NCBI GenBank assembly: GCA_002104945.1
Contig: MCFH01000046.1
Coordinates: 62,001-126,000 of the forward strand
Direction of reading: 5' to 3'
From: Piromyces finnis finn
Taxonomy: Eukaryota > Fungi > Neocallimastigomycota
Length of the DNA: 64,000 nt
Part shown: positions 33,700 through 46,985 of the stretch, piece by piece
Position numbering within the stretch: position 1 is the stretch's first letter
Layout: every line of letters begins with the position of its first letter
The notes under the pieces: generated by a model
What the model was told of the DNA's origin: nothing
The model's database searches: none
Seen by the model: the letters and a program-made list of their open reading frames with translations, nothing else
Made by a program: the position numbers and the translations under genes

Positions 33700-36600
33700 T
33701 CAATCTTTTTTATCTTTTCTTGATAAGTCTTTATAGAATTTATAATATTCTCCCTTCTTTCTCATTAAACTACGATGTGTACCTAATTAAATATATAATA
33801 ATAATATATATTAGAATTCCATTATAAACTTTTATTTGTAAAGGATATATATATATATATATATTTTTAACATTTTTTAATTTTTCTTATTGTATACCTG
33901 ATTCAATAATATTTATTTTTTCTCCATCTAATGGATCATATGGCTTCATTACAATAATATTATCAGCATTTTTAATTGTTGAAAGTCTATGAGCAATAAC
34001 AATAACTGTTCTTCCCTTCATTAAACGATTTAATGCTTCTTGAACAATTCTTTCAGAATGTGAATCCAAAGCAGAAGTAGCCTCATCTAAAATTAAAATA
34101 GATGGATTCTTAAGAATAGCTCTGGCAATTGCAATTCTTTGCTTTTGACCTATTATAAAAAATAATAAAATATATATTGTTTATAGTAATAAAATTAATA
34201 AATATAATTATAAAGTAAAGTAGTAATTTAGTAATTTTTAATTATAATTAGTTATTTCTATTATTTATTAACACTTAGTAATAATAATCCAAAAATATAT
34301 TCATTTTATATATATATTTTATTATTATTATTTACCTCCAGATAATGCAACACCACGATCACCAACAATTGTATCATATCCCTTTGGGAATGATTCAACA
34401 AAGTGAGATGCATTGGCTTGTCGAGCAGCTTCTTTTACTTCTTCTAATGTTGCATTTGGATTACCATATCTAATATTTTCAAGAATTGTAGTATGGAAGA
34501 GAATTGGTTCTTGGTTGATATAACCAATATTCTTTCTTAATGATCTTTATTTTTTTTTTGAAAAAAAAAATATATATATATATATAGATAGATAGAATTT
34601 AAATTAATTTCATTTCTTAGTTATCGTATTTATTATTTCGATTTTAAATAAATTAAAATTAATTTATTTCTTTTTATTTATTTACCTGGAATCAATATCT
34701 TTAATGGAAATATCATCTACTAATATATTACCACTATCAATTTCATAAAACTTTTCAATTAATTGTCCTATAGTACTTTTACCACTTCCACTTGTACCGC
34801 AAATGGCAAGAACCTTTCCTACTGGAATTTTAAGTGAGAAATTATTTAAAATTTTTGCTTCTGGTCTTGTTGGATATGTGAAGTTTACATTCTTAAATTC
34901 AATTTTATCTATTATTAAAATAATTTTATATTAAATATCAGTAATCATTTAATTATTAACTATATATTATAATTAGTTGATTTTTACCTTGAATTTCATT
35001 TATAATTATATTGGCATTACTAGAATTTCCTTCTGAGTCAGTAACATATTCATAAACTCTTCTTAATGAATCAAATGCTTTTATACTTTGACCAAATAAG
35101 ACACCAATATGTGCTTTTTATTTTGTTTTAAATATTAAATAAAAAGTTAAATTATTGTTTAACTTGATTTTTTTTTTCTATTTTAGTTTTATTTAAAGTA
35201 TTAATGAATTTATTATACTTACATAATGATTTTTGGGTATTTTGCATAGCAACCATATAGGTCATTAATTGACCAGGATTCATTGAGCCTTGAACAACTT
35301 GTTTACCTCCAAAATAAAGAATCATTAAAACTAATGATCCAATTGAAGCATTTGTTGTACCTTGGAATATACCAATGTGGAAACCTAATTTTGTATTTGC
35401 ATCAGAAGTTTTATTTAATGAACTTTGGTATAATTTCATTTCTGTTGGTTCAGCTGCAAATGATCTTACTGTTCTAATATTTGATATTGCCTATAAATTA
35501 TTATAATAATAATATAAAAAATATGTATATATATAAATATATTAGCCTATTTTTAAAATTTTGAATAGTTAATAACAGTATATTATTTATTTATATTACC
35601 TCACTTGCAATAAAGTTAGTAATATCTTCTAACATATGAGCTTTTTTTGATAATTTTCTCAAGTATATACCATATAAATTCATAGAAAAGTAAATAATTG
35701 GCATTGTAGAGCAAATGGTTAAAGTTAATGATGGTGAAATACTAATTAAATATGAGGCTGATATAACAACTTGTGTTGTACATTTTAAACCCTATTTGGT
35801 ATTATTAATTAAAATAATTTATTATTATGGTCTATTTTATATTACTACATTAATTATTATTTATTTTATAGTATTATATAATTACTTGAGTTAATGCTTG
35901 TTTAAAGGTTGATTTAAAGCTATTAATATCATTAGTTAATCTTGTTATTATATCATTATATTTGTTTTTATCAAAGAAAGAAATTTCTAAAATAAGATAA
36001 ATAAGATAATAATATTAATGTCAAAGATTAAGTATTAAGTTAGAAAAAAGTATAAAATATTTAGATTATTATTTGAACATTCCTTTTTATTTTTCTAATA
36101 ATTTATGGTTATATAATATATACCTTGTAGTAAATAAGAATTAAATAATTTCAATTTCAATCTTGAAGCAATATTTTCACCAAGTTTTGCTACTAATGTA
36201 ATATCAACAAAAGTTAAAATACCTTGAAAATCAAAAAAAAAAAAAAAAAAAAAAAAAAAATTAGAAAATTAAAAAATTAAAAAATAAGAATAAAAAGTGT
36301 AAATTATTATTTCTATTATTATTTAATTATAATATACCTTGAGTAAGATAAAGTGTAAGAAGTTTTAATGTTGGAGCGGTAAATTCGGCAAAATCAATTG
36401 AATAAAAACCTTCTTGTCTTTTAAGAACATCTTGAACAACATTAATAAGATCACCAGTAATTATTGGTGTTAAAACATTAATTCCTGCAGCTGAAAGGGT
36501 TACAGCAAAAATCTTTATTTATATATAAATTTAGGGATTAAATGAATAAAATATCTTATTACTTTTAATTTATTACATATACATACAAATAACACTAATA

Positions 36601-36713
36601 ATAAATCCTTTTTAATAATACTAAATAAAAATTTTAATAATTCTTTGTTTTCTTGTTCTTTTTGCTTATCTTATAAAGTTAAAAAAAAAAGGTCAGTTTC
36701 TCATTATATCTTT

Positions 36714-36753
<40 letters not shown>

Positions 36754-37980
36754 AAGGATGATAAAAAAACAATTACCTTCTGTATTCTCATTATTTTTTT
36801 TTTCTTCCAATGCAATAACAATGTTTTTTCCTCTACCATCCTTATTACGATGATGGGCTTCGCAATATATAGTTGAACATTTTGATATGTTTTCTTCTCT
36901 TAACTTTTGACCATAATGATATAACAATTTAATTGTTATTGTACCACCGATTGGAATAACAAAATAATCAGTTACAAATTTTTTTGATGAAGTATGAGAT
37001 TTATTTTTACTCGATTGATATTTTGATTTATTAAACTTTCTTTTTTGGTTATTTTGAGTATTTTTTTTAGATGAAACTCGCTTGTAAAAGGTTTTAAAAT
37101 TATTTGGATAAGTATTACCATTATTGGTATATGAATTAAATTGATTTACGTCATTAATCTTATTTTTTGAATAATAGCTATTAGAAATATTTGAAGTTTT
37201 ATTAAATGGTGTTTTTGAAGTAAAATTTGATTTTTGAATTTGATTTAAAGATTTTGTTATTGTTGTTTGATTATATAGGATTTTACAGTACGAATTTAAT
37301 TTTTTAGGGAAATCAATTTTGAAGCTCGTTTGAACTTTTAATATATTATAGAAAATAATGAATGAATTGTAATATAAATATTATAATTATTAAAGATGTA
37401 TAAATACTATAAAATATGAAATAATATCAATTAACATTTCATTAAAACTTACGATTATTTTTTGTGTAGCTATTATATTTTCTATTAAAATTCCTATTAA
37501 ATATATATATTTTATTTTTAAAATAAATTTATAAATTATTTCATTTTATTAATCATGTTTTAATGTTTGAAATATTTAAATAGTATAATTTATAAATGAA
37601 ATTTACTTTTTGTTTAATAATTCGCTTTTAATAGATTCATTAAATTTCAAATGAATTTTATTATCATTATTTAAATTTTCAAAAAAATTAATTGAATATT
37701 TTGTATTTATTGAAAGTTCATTTTTTATTATTACTTGATAAATATTTGCATTTTTTGGGATTGAACTATTAATAACATTCTAATAATATTGATAATGTAT
37801 TAATATTTTATTTTATTAAGATAAGAAGGGAATTATTTAATAGAGGTTAATTAAATATTATTTATCATTATTTGAACTTTACATAGTATAAAAAATATTA
37901 AATTATTTTCTTTATATTATAATTACCTTTAAAATTTTGAAAGAACATTTATTTAGTGACATTGACGTTTTTGGAATCAT
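33700..37980 (-). CDS. ABCB8: ABCB8-like mitochondrial-type ABC half-transporter (TMD-NBD), many exons
   Basis: The spliced translation has Walker [11 protein letters not shown]-loop QEPILF, signature LSG/GQKQR, Walker [11 protein letters not shown] and H-loop IAHRLSTI. The TMD segments [38 protein letters not shown] and GIFQG resemble ABCB8 more than ABCB10/Mdl1. The start at 37980 ([18 protein letters not shown]) is inferred from in-frame GT-AG splicing and is less certain than the core. Confidence 0.82.
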
Positions 37981-39075
37981 TCTTTTTAAAATTTTATATT
38001 CTGCCTTTTATTAACTTTTATATATATATATATTTAAAAAAAGTTTTTGATATTAATAAAAAAAAAAAAAGTTTAATGTTAATACTAAAAATTATTAATA
38101 TTTTATTTATAATTGTTCATAATAATTTTAAGGTTATAATTTATTTTAGATAATTTCTTTTTTTATATATTTGAATTATTTATGAATGGAAAGGCAATTA
38201 ATAGAATCTCTATATAAAATATTTATTTAAATATGTTATTTTACTTTACTTTTATAAAAATTAGAGTAATTTATACTTTAAGATTTAGAATCTAGACTAA
38301 TTTTTATAATGAAAATAAAATATCAATGTTTTCAACATATATATATAACTGTCTCTGATATAATATATATATATAGATATAAATAATTTTAACTGAAAAA
38401 GATATATTAATAATATATTATAAATATATTTTATGATGATCAAAATTATTTTAATATAAAGGAGAAGTTTTTTAATTTTTTCTTATTATTCAAAAAAAAA
38501 AAAAAAAAAAAAAAAAGACATTAAATAAAATGTAAAAAATTTGTTTTAAGAACATTTCAGTAGATGAGTATAATATGTGTAGCAAACAAACAATGATAAA
38601 TACATAAATAAAGACATTAATAAAAGCAATGAAATATTATAAATTTATTAAATTAATGAATACTAATAAAATATTTAAGGTTTGTGATGAAATGTTTTCT
38701 TTTTAATTAATATATACAGAAGTTTGTATCAATATTTATTAATATACAGAAAAATTAAAAGTTTTTTTGAAATAGATGAAAATATACTATTCCCATAAAT
38801 AATTATTAATTTATGTATTAAATGCATTTATACTTTATAAATAGTTTCTGTATTAGTTTTTGATAATATTTATATATAAATATTTAGATATACTATCCAT
38901 CAAGAAAAAATATGGTTACACAAAAATTTTAAAAAAAATTTTTTAGGAATTATTTGAAAAATTTTATTTTCTTTTATTTTTCTTATATATATTTTAAAAA
39001 TTTTAAAAATTTAGCAAAAAATAAATATAAAATAAGAATTATAGATAGTAAATATCTATAGCAATTATTATATTA

Positions 39076-41138
39076 TTATAAAAATCTCTTTGTTGTTGAA
39101 TGCGTAAATCTATTAGCAGATTCTACACCTAATACACCTTTTAATGCATTTGTTTTACCTATTGATCCCTTTGATCCTGTGCCTAAGACATCTCTTTCAC
39201 GATCAAATGGTAATTTACTAATATCATTATTTTCATATTTTTTATTTTTGAAATATTCTTTTGTATGTTGATCATAAAGTGATTCATTACGATAATTTTT
39301 CTATTAATTATAAAGTTAATATGTTCATATTAATTATTGTTAATTAATTTAACTATTTTTAATATATAAATATGTACATTATATTGTTCTATCATTTCTT
39401 GCATTTCCATATCCTTTTTATTAACTTGAATATATTCAACTTTTTCATTTTTATCTTTTACTCCCTTTTTTTTTTCAAAGTAATAATAATAATAATTAAT
39501 TATTATATATTTATTAATAAATGTTACTAAAAATAATTATATTGTACAATATATGTAATATTTACTTCTTTTTGCTTTCTTAATTTATCAGCAGGAGTGT
39601 CTGTCCATCCAGATCTATCTATCTTTGTTACGCCATTCTTTCTAAATTGTCTTGGTTTTAATATATTAATACCTTTTATTTAATTTTTTTTTTTTTTTTT
39701 TTTTTTTTTTGAAATTATTAATTAATTACTGTTATTATTTTCATTATAAATTATTAATTAAAATATAATAGATCAAAAATCAAAAATAAGTATACTAACG
39801 ATCTAATATATTATCTTCTGGAAGCATCGTCATCCACTATATTATGTATTATTTATTAATCAATCGATAAAAATTATATTCTTAGCAATAAAGTATAGAG
39901 TATAATATATTTCCTTTTATTTACCTCATCTCTTACTAGTTTTTTAGGTGTCTTAGACTTTTTTTTTTTAAAAAAAAAAAAAAAATTAAAAATAAATTAG
40001 CAATGATACAATATAATTTGCAAGGATAAGTATTGAAATTAAATTCAAACATTTAATATTACCTCCTCCTCTTTTCCTTCTAGTTTATTTTTCATTCGTT
40101 CAGCTCTTTCTTCAAATTCTCTAACTATTCTTTGAGTTTCTTCCTCTTCCTATATAGTTTAAATAATTTTATATTAATTCTTATTAGATAATGAAAAAAA
40201 ATAATGCGAATATAATTACGGTTAATTCGTTTCCTGGAGCTATAGGTAATGGTCCGATTATATCATCATCACTGTTGGTTTCATTGTTAGGTATATTATG
40301 TGATAAAGATGGATCGACTATTTCCGGTTTATTTTCAATACTATCTTCATTAAATGAATGAGGTATTGATGGTCCAATCATTTCTGATTTATATTCAACA
40401 TTATCTTGACTCAAAAAATTAGGTAATGAAGGTCCTACAATTTTTGGTTCTGATTCATTAATAGTTGATTCATTTGTATGTGAATTTATATTATTATCCT
40501 TATTATCATTTTTTAAAAATGAAGGTAACATTGGTCCAACAATTTTTTTATTATTATTTATATTATCCTCCTTTTGTATTTCTTGAACATTATTTAAATT
40601 TGAGGGTAAAGCTGGTCCTATTAAATTATTTTCTTTATTTTTTTTAATTTTATTTATCTCTGTTTCTGAATGACTTATTTTATCCTTTTTCTTTTAATAT
40701 TTAGATTAAATATAAAAAATATTTGATTTTAATATAAATGTACTTATGAATTATTTATATATTTAATATTATTAATAATTGAATAATATATTACATTGTT
40801 TATATATATATAATATTATAACATATTTTAAACATTATAAATAATGTAATTTATTTTGTAAAAAGGAAATATAATAAAATTATTTTGATTTTAAATACAA
40901 TAAATAAAATAAATTAATAGAAATGTTTATATACCTTGTTTTTATGATGACGCTTTCTTTTTTTATGTTCGTGATGTGAATAAGAGTCAGAACTATAACC
41001 TGAACTTAAACTTGAGCTTGAAGAAGTGGAACTTTGGCTTGAGGACCTTTTGGAGTGATGCTTATGATGTCTATGTCTACTTCGACTTCTATTTTTTTCT
41101 TTTGAATGATGATGATGATGATGTGATTTATGCCCCAT
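39076..41138 (-). CDS. GPALPP1: GPALPP motifs-containing protein 1 (DUF3752 family), multi-exon
   Basis: His/Arg/Ser-rich N-terminus and repeated GP-x-LP motifs (IGPALPSNL, VGPSLPNFL, IGPSIPHSF, IGPLP). Downstream exons give RDE-WMTMLPED, SGWTDTPADK and LPFDRERDVL, typical of DUF3752, ending …TTKRFL*. Confidence 0.82.
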
Positions 41139-41918
41139 TAGATATACTGATTTTAATATAATTATTGAATATTTCTTTCTTTCTTTCTTTTCCTTATAAA
41201 AAATAAAATATAAATGGTTATTTGTAATAATTATATAATTAATATTAATTATAAAGTTTTTGCAATTTTTTATTTCTTAATTTAGTTTAACATTTGATAT
41301 AAAATATATTAATTAATATACAGAAACTTTTAAATATAAAAATTAATTATACATTTTTTTTTTATAACCTTCGTTTTTTTAATTTTTTGATTAAAGTTTA
41401 TTTATTATTAATTATTTTTTAAAGGTTCTCAAAATATAATTTTCAGTTGTTTGTGGCGTAATTATAACACTTCTTTCAAGAAGATTGTAATAATAATAAA
41501 GTTTATATTATTAAAGTTTATATTAAATAATAATCTTTAATAAAAAAAGAAATTAAAAAAAAAAAATATTGACGAATAAAGGTTGCAACAACAACAACAA
41601 CAACAACAGCAAAAAAAAGTTTATTTCCTTATTTAACCCGAGAAAATAAGTCTTACGACTCTTATTTTATAAGTAATTATAATTATTAATATGTAATTTT
41701 GTATATGTTATTTATTATTATTTATTTATATACTTATTCTTTTTATATTTTTAATTATCATTATTATTTATTATTATTTAATATTAAAATAATTAATTCT
41801 ATCAATATTTACATATAATTATTTATTTTTATTTCTGCCTTTTAATTGCATATTATATTTTATAAAATATACAACTTTATATTAAATATAAAATAAGAAT
41901 TAATTTTCCTTCTATTTT

Positions 41919-41952
<34 letters not shown>

Positions 41953-41962
41953 TGATTTAGTT

Positions 41963-43190
41963 TTAATTATTAGTTTCACCATCAACTTCATTATCATTTC
42001 CTTCGTCTGCACAACCACATTTCCATCTAATAATTTTATGTATAAATATAAGATTGAAATATTTATTAATTATATTTTATAAAATTTAAAAAAATTAAAA
42101 TTTAGATATATTAAATTATTCATATACCTATCACCAACTAAATTACAATTAAATTGTTCTTTATTCAAAGCTTCATTTACGATATTATGAACTTTACATG
42201 CCCACTATTAATATAATAATTTAAGTAATAGTAATAAAATTCTTTTATTAAAATTACATTTAATGATAATTAAAAATGTGTTTTATATTATATTTACTTG
42301 GGATGCCGCATCTCTTGAATCCACCTATATTATTCATATATTATATTAATAATAAATATTTCTTTATTATTATTATTATTATTTGGTTTTTTTATTTGAA
42401 TAAAATATTAATAGGTACTTCTGGTGGATTTTCTTCGAGAATTTTTGAGAATTCTACTGCACTTTTAATTTATTAAGGAAAAATGAAAGTAATAATTATT
42501 AAATATGCTTATTTAATTATCATTCTAAACAATATATATAATGAATATTCATACCATTCGCCCGAAGGATACAGACGAGCTAATAAATAAACCCAACTTC
42601 TAAAAGCTTGCTACATAATTTAAATAATGTAAATGATTAAATTTAAATAATATATATTTAATTCAAAAAAAATTAAAATTAATAAATTATAATACTTTTT
42701 GTTCATTTGTTGGTTTGTTTGGATATCTAGCTGTAACTGTATGTAGTAAACGCCATGTACTTCTTCCTAATTCTTCTCTATTATATAAAAAAGTATACAT
42801 ATTTTTTAAAAAATAATTTTATATTAATTATAAAATATTATGATTTTATTTATTATTGATAATAATTAAAAATTTAAAATCTAAATTAATATTTAATATT
42901 TATGATTATTATTTGTTTTGTTTTTTCATCTTTTTTTTTTTTTTTATTATTTTATTTTTTTATAAAAGCATCCAAACATACTTTTCAGTTACATTGAACA
43001 TATCTGGCATAATAATACCACCATTAAGTTTAGCATTTATTTCAGAATTTAAACTGAATTTTTCATTTGTTAATTTAATATTTGACTCTTTTTCTATTGT
43101 GGTTTTACCAGATTTTGAATAGACATATATAATAATGCCAATAGTTGCAATAAAAGTAAATACAAATAGAATTCTTGATTTTATTCTCAT
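41963..43190 (-). CDS. ERV2: Erv2-type (Erv/ALR) FAD-linked sulfhydryl oxidase with an atypical SxxC active site, 7 exons
   Basis: N-terminal TM anchor, then [129 protein letters not shown]. It has the Erv family motifs G-x-x-x-W-x-x-x-H and HN-x-VN plus the C-terminal CGC of Erv2. Confidence 0.9.
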
Positions 43191-44259
43191 TCTTTTATTA
43201 TTTTAAAATTTAATTAGATTAAACTTTATTTATATACTTCTAAAAGAATTTATATTTATAAATATGTTTATATCAATGTATTTTATTTTTTTGTCTATTA
43301 TAATGTTTTTTTAATTATTAATGTAATAATAAATATCCAATTCTTATTAATTGGATTTTCGAAATGCAATCAAAATTAAGTTTAATATTAAATATTGAAT
43401 TTATTAGAAATAAATTTAATGTCCAAATTATTGTGGTGTTTATTAATTTTGTTATATTTTTTGATATAGTTGATTTAATTAATAAATATTATGCCATTTA
43501 AAAATGCAATAAAACAATGTTATGCAGTAAATGATGATGATAATAATAATGATAATGATAATTAAATAAATAAATAATTAGTCACATTTAATAGTATATA
43601 ATTTTATTAATAACATTTACATCAATAATATTAATATAAACATTAATTAAAAAAGTATCATTTTTACTGTTATTGAAATACTTACATTATAAAAAGAAGA
43701 AGGTATATTATATATATTATATATATTTTATAAAATCAACATTTCTTTTCTTTTTTTTACTTATTCTTATTTATTTATTTGATATAATTTTATTATAAAT
43801 CTATTATATTGGATTTCTATTATTTTATAATCTTTACTTTTTTTTGTTTAAATTTTTTTTTTTTTGATAATTTATTATTAATAATTTTATTTTAATATAA
43901 ATTTTTATTGGAATATTATTTTAATTAATAGTATTTTCTAAATAAAAAAATTTTAAAGGTTATTTTTTAACATTAAAAAAATAAATAGATAAAATTTATT
44001 AGAAATAAAATTATTATATTTTTATAATTAATATAATAAGAATAAAACACATAGTTTAATATTATATAATATTTTATAAAGAATAAGTTTCTTTTTTATA
44101 ATATTTGGTAGATTGATCCTTTTTAGGATTATATATATTAAGCATTTTAATTATATATAATATTTCATGTCCTTTTTATTCGTTTAGATACATCAGACTT
44201 TTTTTTTTTTTTTTTTGATTTATTTTACATTTATTCTTGATGCTTTAGTATGCCCAATT

Positions 44260-44291
<32 letters not shown>

Positions 44292-46985
44292 ATATAAGAA
44301 CATATCAGCATAGAAAATTTGAGTATGTGGAATTATCAATTTAATAATAAAAATTGTTTATAATTTCAATTTTAATATATATATTATATATATATATTTA
44401 AAATTTGTATAAAAATTCTAATTTATCATCGGAATATTTATTTCTACAAGTATATATAATTAAATTTTTTTTTGAAAAGATTAAAATTAAAAAGAAAATT
44501 CAAGATTTTTATATTAAAAAAAAAAAAAAGCTGTGAAAGTTTAATCAAATAAATATAATTTTATATTTTAAGTATTTTGAAAACATTGTTTTATCTTTTT
44601 CTTAGTAAGTTTTTATTACTGAACATGTCAATTTTATTTTTTTTTTTTATAATAAATGAACATATTTTATTTTTTATTTTTTTAAGAAAAGTAATAAAAT
44701 TTTTTTAAAAAAAAATTATTTGATAAATATTAATAAATAAATAGTTAATATCAATATCAATGATTAAATAATTATTAGTTAATATAAATATACATTATTA
44801 TATTATTAATTATATTTACTTAGCAATTGAATTATTTAATATATACATTAATTCAATATCACATGTTCAGTTTATATTAGAAAAACAATAATATAATAGG
44901 TTGGAGATTTACTTATTCTTTTAATAATAGAGATATTCTTTTAATTTATTTGGTAATATTTAACTAATATATAGTTAATAATTTCCATATAAAATTAAAA
45001 ATGCTATTGAGATTTTATTTGTTAAATATTAACAAATTATTTATTAATAAGTATTGTTTTACATCATACTGATATTATACGTCAATAATCAACTAATTAT
45101 TAGCTAATATTTTAATGTAAATTAAAGTTAAATATGAAAATAAATAATGTATTGAATTTTTTTTACATTATTCCTTTTTAATTAATTTATTCCAATGTAT
45201 TATTTATTGATTGATCAAAATAAATTGCACCATATTATTTAATATTAAACCAATAATTACTGATTACTAGATAATTATTTCCAAATAAAGTTTAATTAAG
45301 TTACACTTACCATGTTATTTTTAATAAATAAAATCAAAAAATAAATAATTGATTGAGGTTAATTAAATAAACAACATAACTTTTATAATTATTGCAGGTA
45401 TTTTCTTTTTTACAGAGTTGAATAGTATAAAATTTGGCAACTTATATGCTTTATTTTTATAGTGTATTTACTATAGATATGTTTAAACCAATGATCATTG
45501 AAGAAAGAATATTATATAATGTAATTTAAAATTAAGTATTTTATAAATTATCTTAATTTTATAACTTACTATATAAAGAGTTAAATTATCCTTATCCTTA
45601 TTTCTATATAATTATATAAAATATAATATTATTTATAAATGTATAAAAAAAATATTATTTAATATACAAAACTTTTAACATGAAAATATGTTATAAAAAA
45701 TATAAATAAAAATGCACTAATCTCTTTTAAAAATATAATAAAATAATTCAATAATTCAAAAAAAAAGGAAAAAGAATTTATAGTTTCTTAATGTTTAAAA
45801 TGATTATTTAATTTATTAAGATGAATTATATTAGTAGAAGTGTTTTTAAAAAGATGCAATTAACTTTTTTTCATTAATATTAAAATGAAGTTTTTATTTT
45901 ATTATTAACATTTATAATATTAAACATGCTATTAAGTATAAAATAATAAAATTTTATTGCTATTTATTGCTTTTTCTATTTTATCAATGAATTTCTTCCT
46001 TTTTTTTTTTATTCAAAATCAAAATTAGTAATACTTATTTTTTTTCTTTATAATTTTTACTAATAGAAATGAGATAAATGATATATTATAATTAAATAAA
46101 TATACTTTATATAATATAAATATAATTCTTTTTTTTTTTTTTATTTTGTTATATTCAAATTAAAGCTTTATTCCAATAAATGGATGTATAAATTATATCA
46201 TACTTTATATTGATTATTATTATTATATATTTAATTTGCTATATATTAAATATCGTTTCATTATTTATTATTTATTAGTTTATTAATATTATGTTAATAA
46301 AAAATTTATATGTATACAATTATATTGAAATATATAGCCTATATATAAAGATTTAAATCAGTTAATATAAAGTTTAATTTATATATATATATTTTTAATT
46401 ATGTAAATAATAAATAATTAAAGTAAAATTAAAAATATTTATATATATAAATTAATGTATTAAAAAAAAAATAAAAATATAAAATAGAAAAAAAAGTATC
46501 TTTTTTTTTATATTTTTTTTATATAATTTATTTTTTTTAAATTAAAATACAATAATACATAAAAGAATGTTAGTAAAATATAATATAAAGTATATAGTAT
46601 ATAAATAATAATGAAGAAGAGATAAATTAGGATAATATATATATATAATAGTACACATAAATAAAGGATATATATTATTTTTGTTATAAATAGTGAATAT
46701 TGGCTGGATTGATAAAATATAAAATAAAAAAAAAAGAATTATTTTTTCTTAATATACAAATGAATAAATAAATGAGAAATAAATTAATAAATAAAACTAA
46801 CATATCTAATATATACTGTTATTATATAATAATATTTTATAAATAATAGATAAAGCAAAAACTATAAATTGCTTTTGCTTTTCGTACTATACTAGACTAT
46901 CGATATATATCATAAATATTTTTGCTATCTATTATCTCCCCATTCTTTTGCACAATATAATACTGTAGTGTCATAATATTGCAAG

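Noticed and set aside
45300-45320. Minus-strand ATG|GTAAGT (start-codon-only exon) suggesting a hidden gene in the 43.2-47.0 kb spacer
   Set aside because: I found no downstream acceptor giving a credible open exon.
46852-46881. 9-bp hairpin (aaagcaaaa…ttttgcttt) upstream of MTHFR as a possible folate or SAM riboswitch
   Set aside because: The stem is too short for an AT-rich background and does not resemble THF or SAM riboswitch consensus. Only TPP riboswitches are established in fungi.
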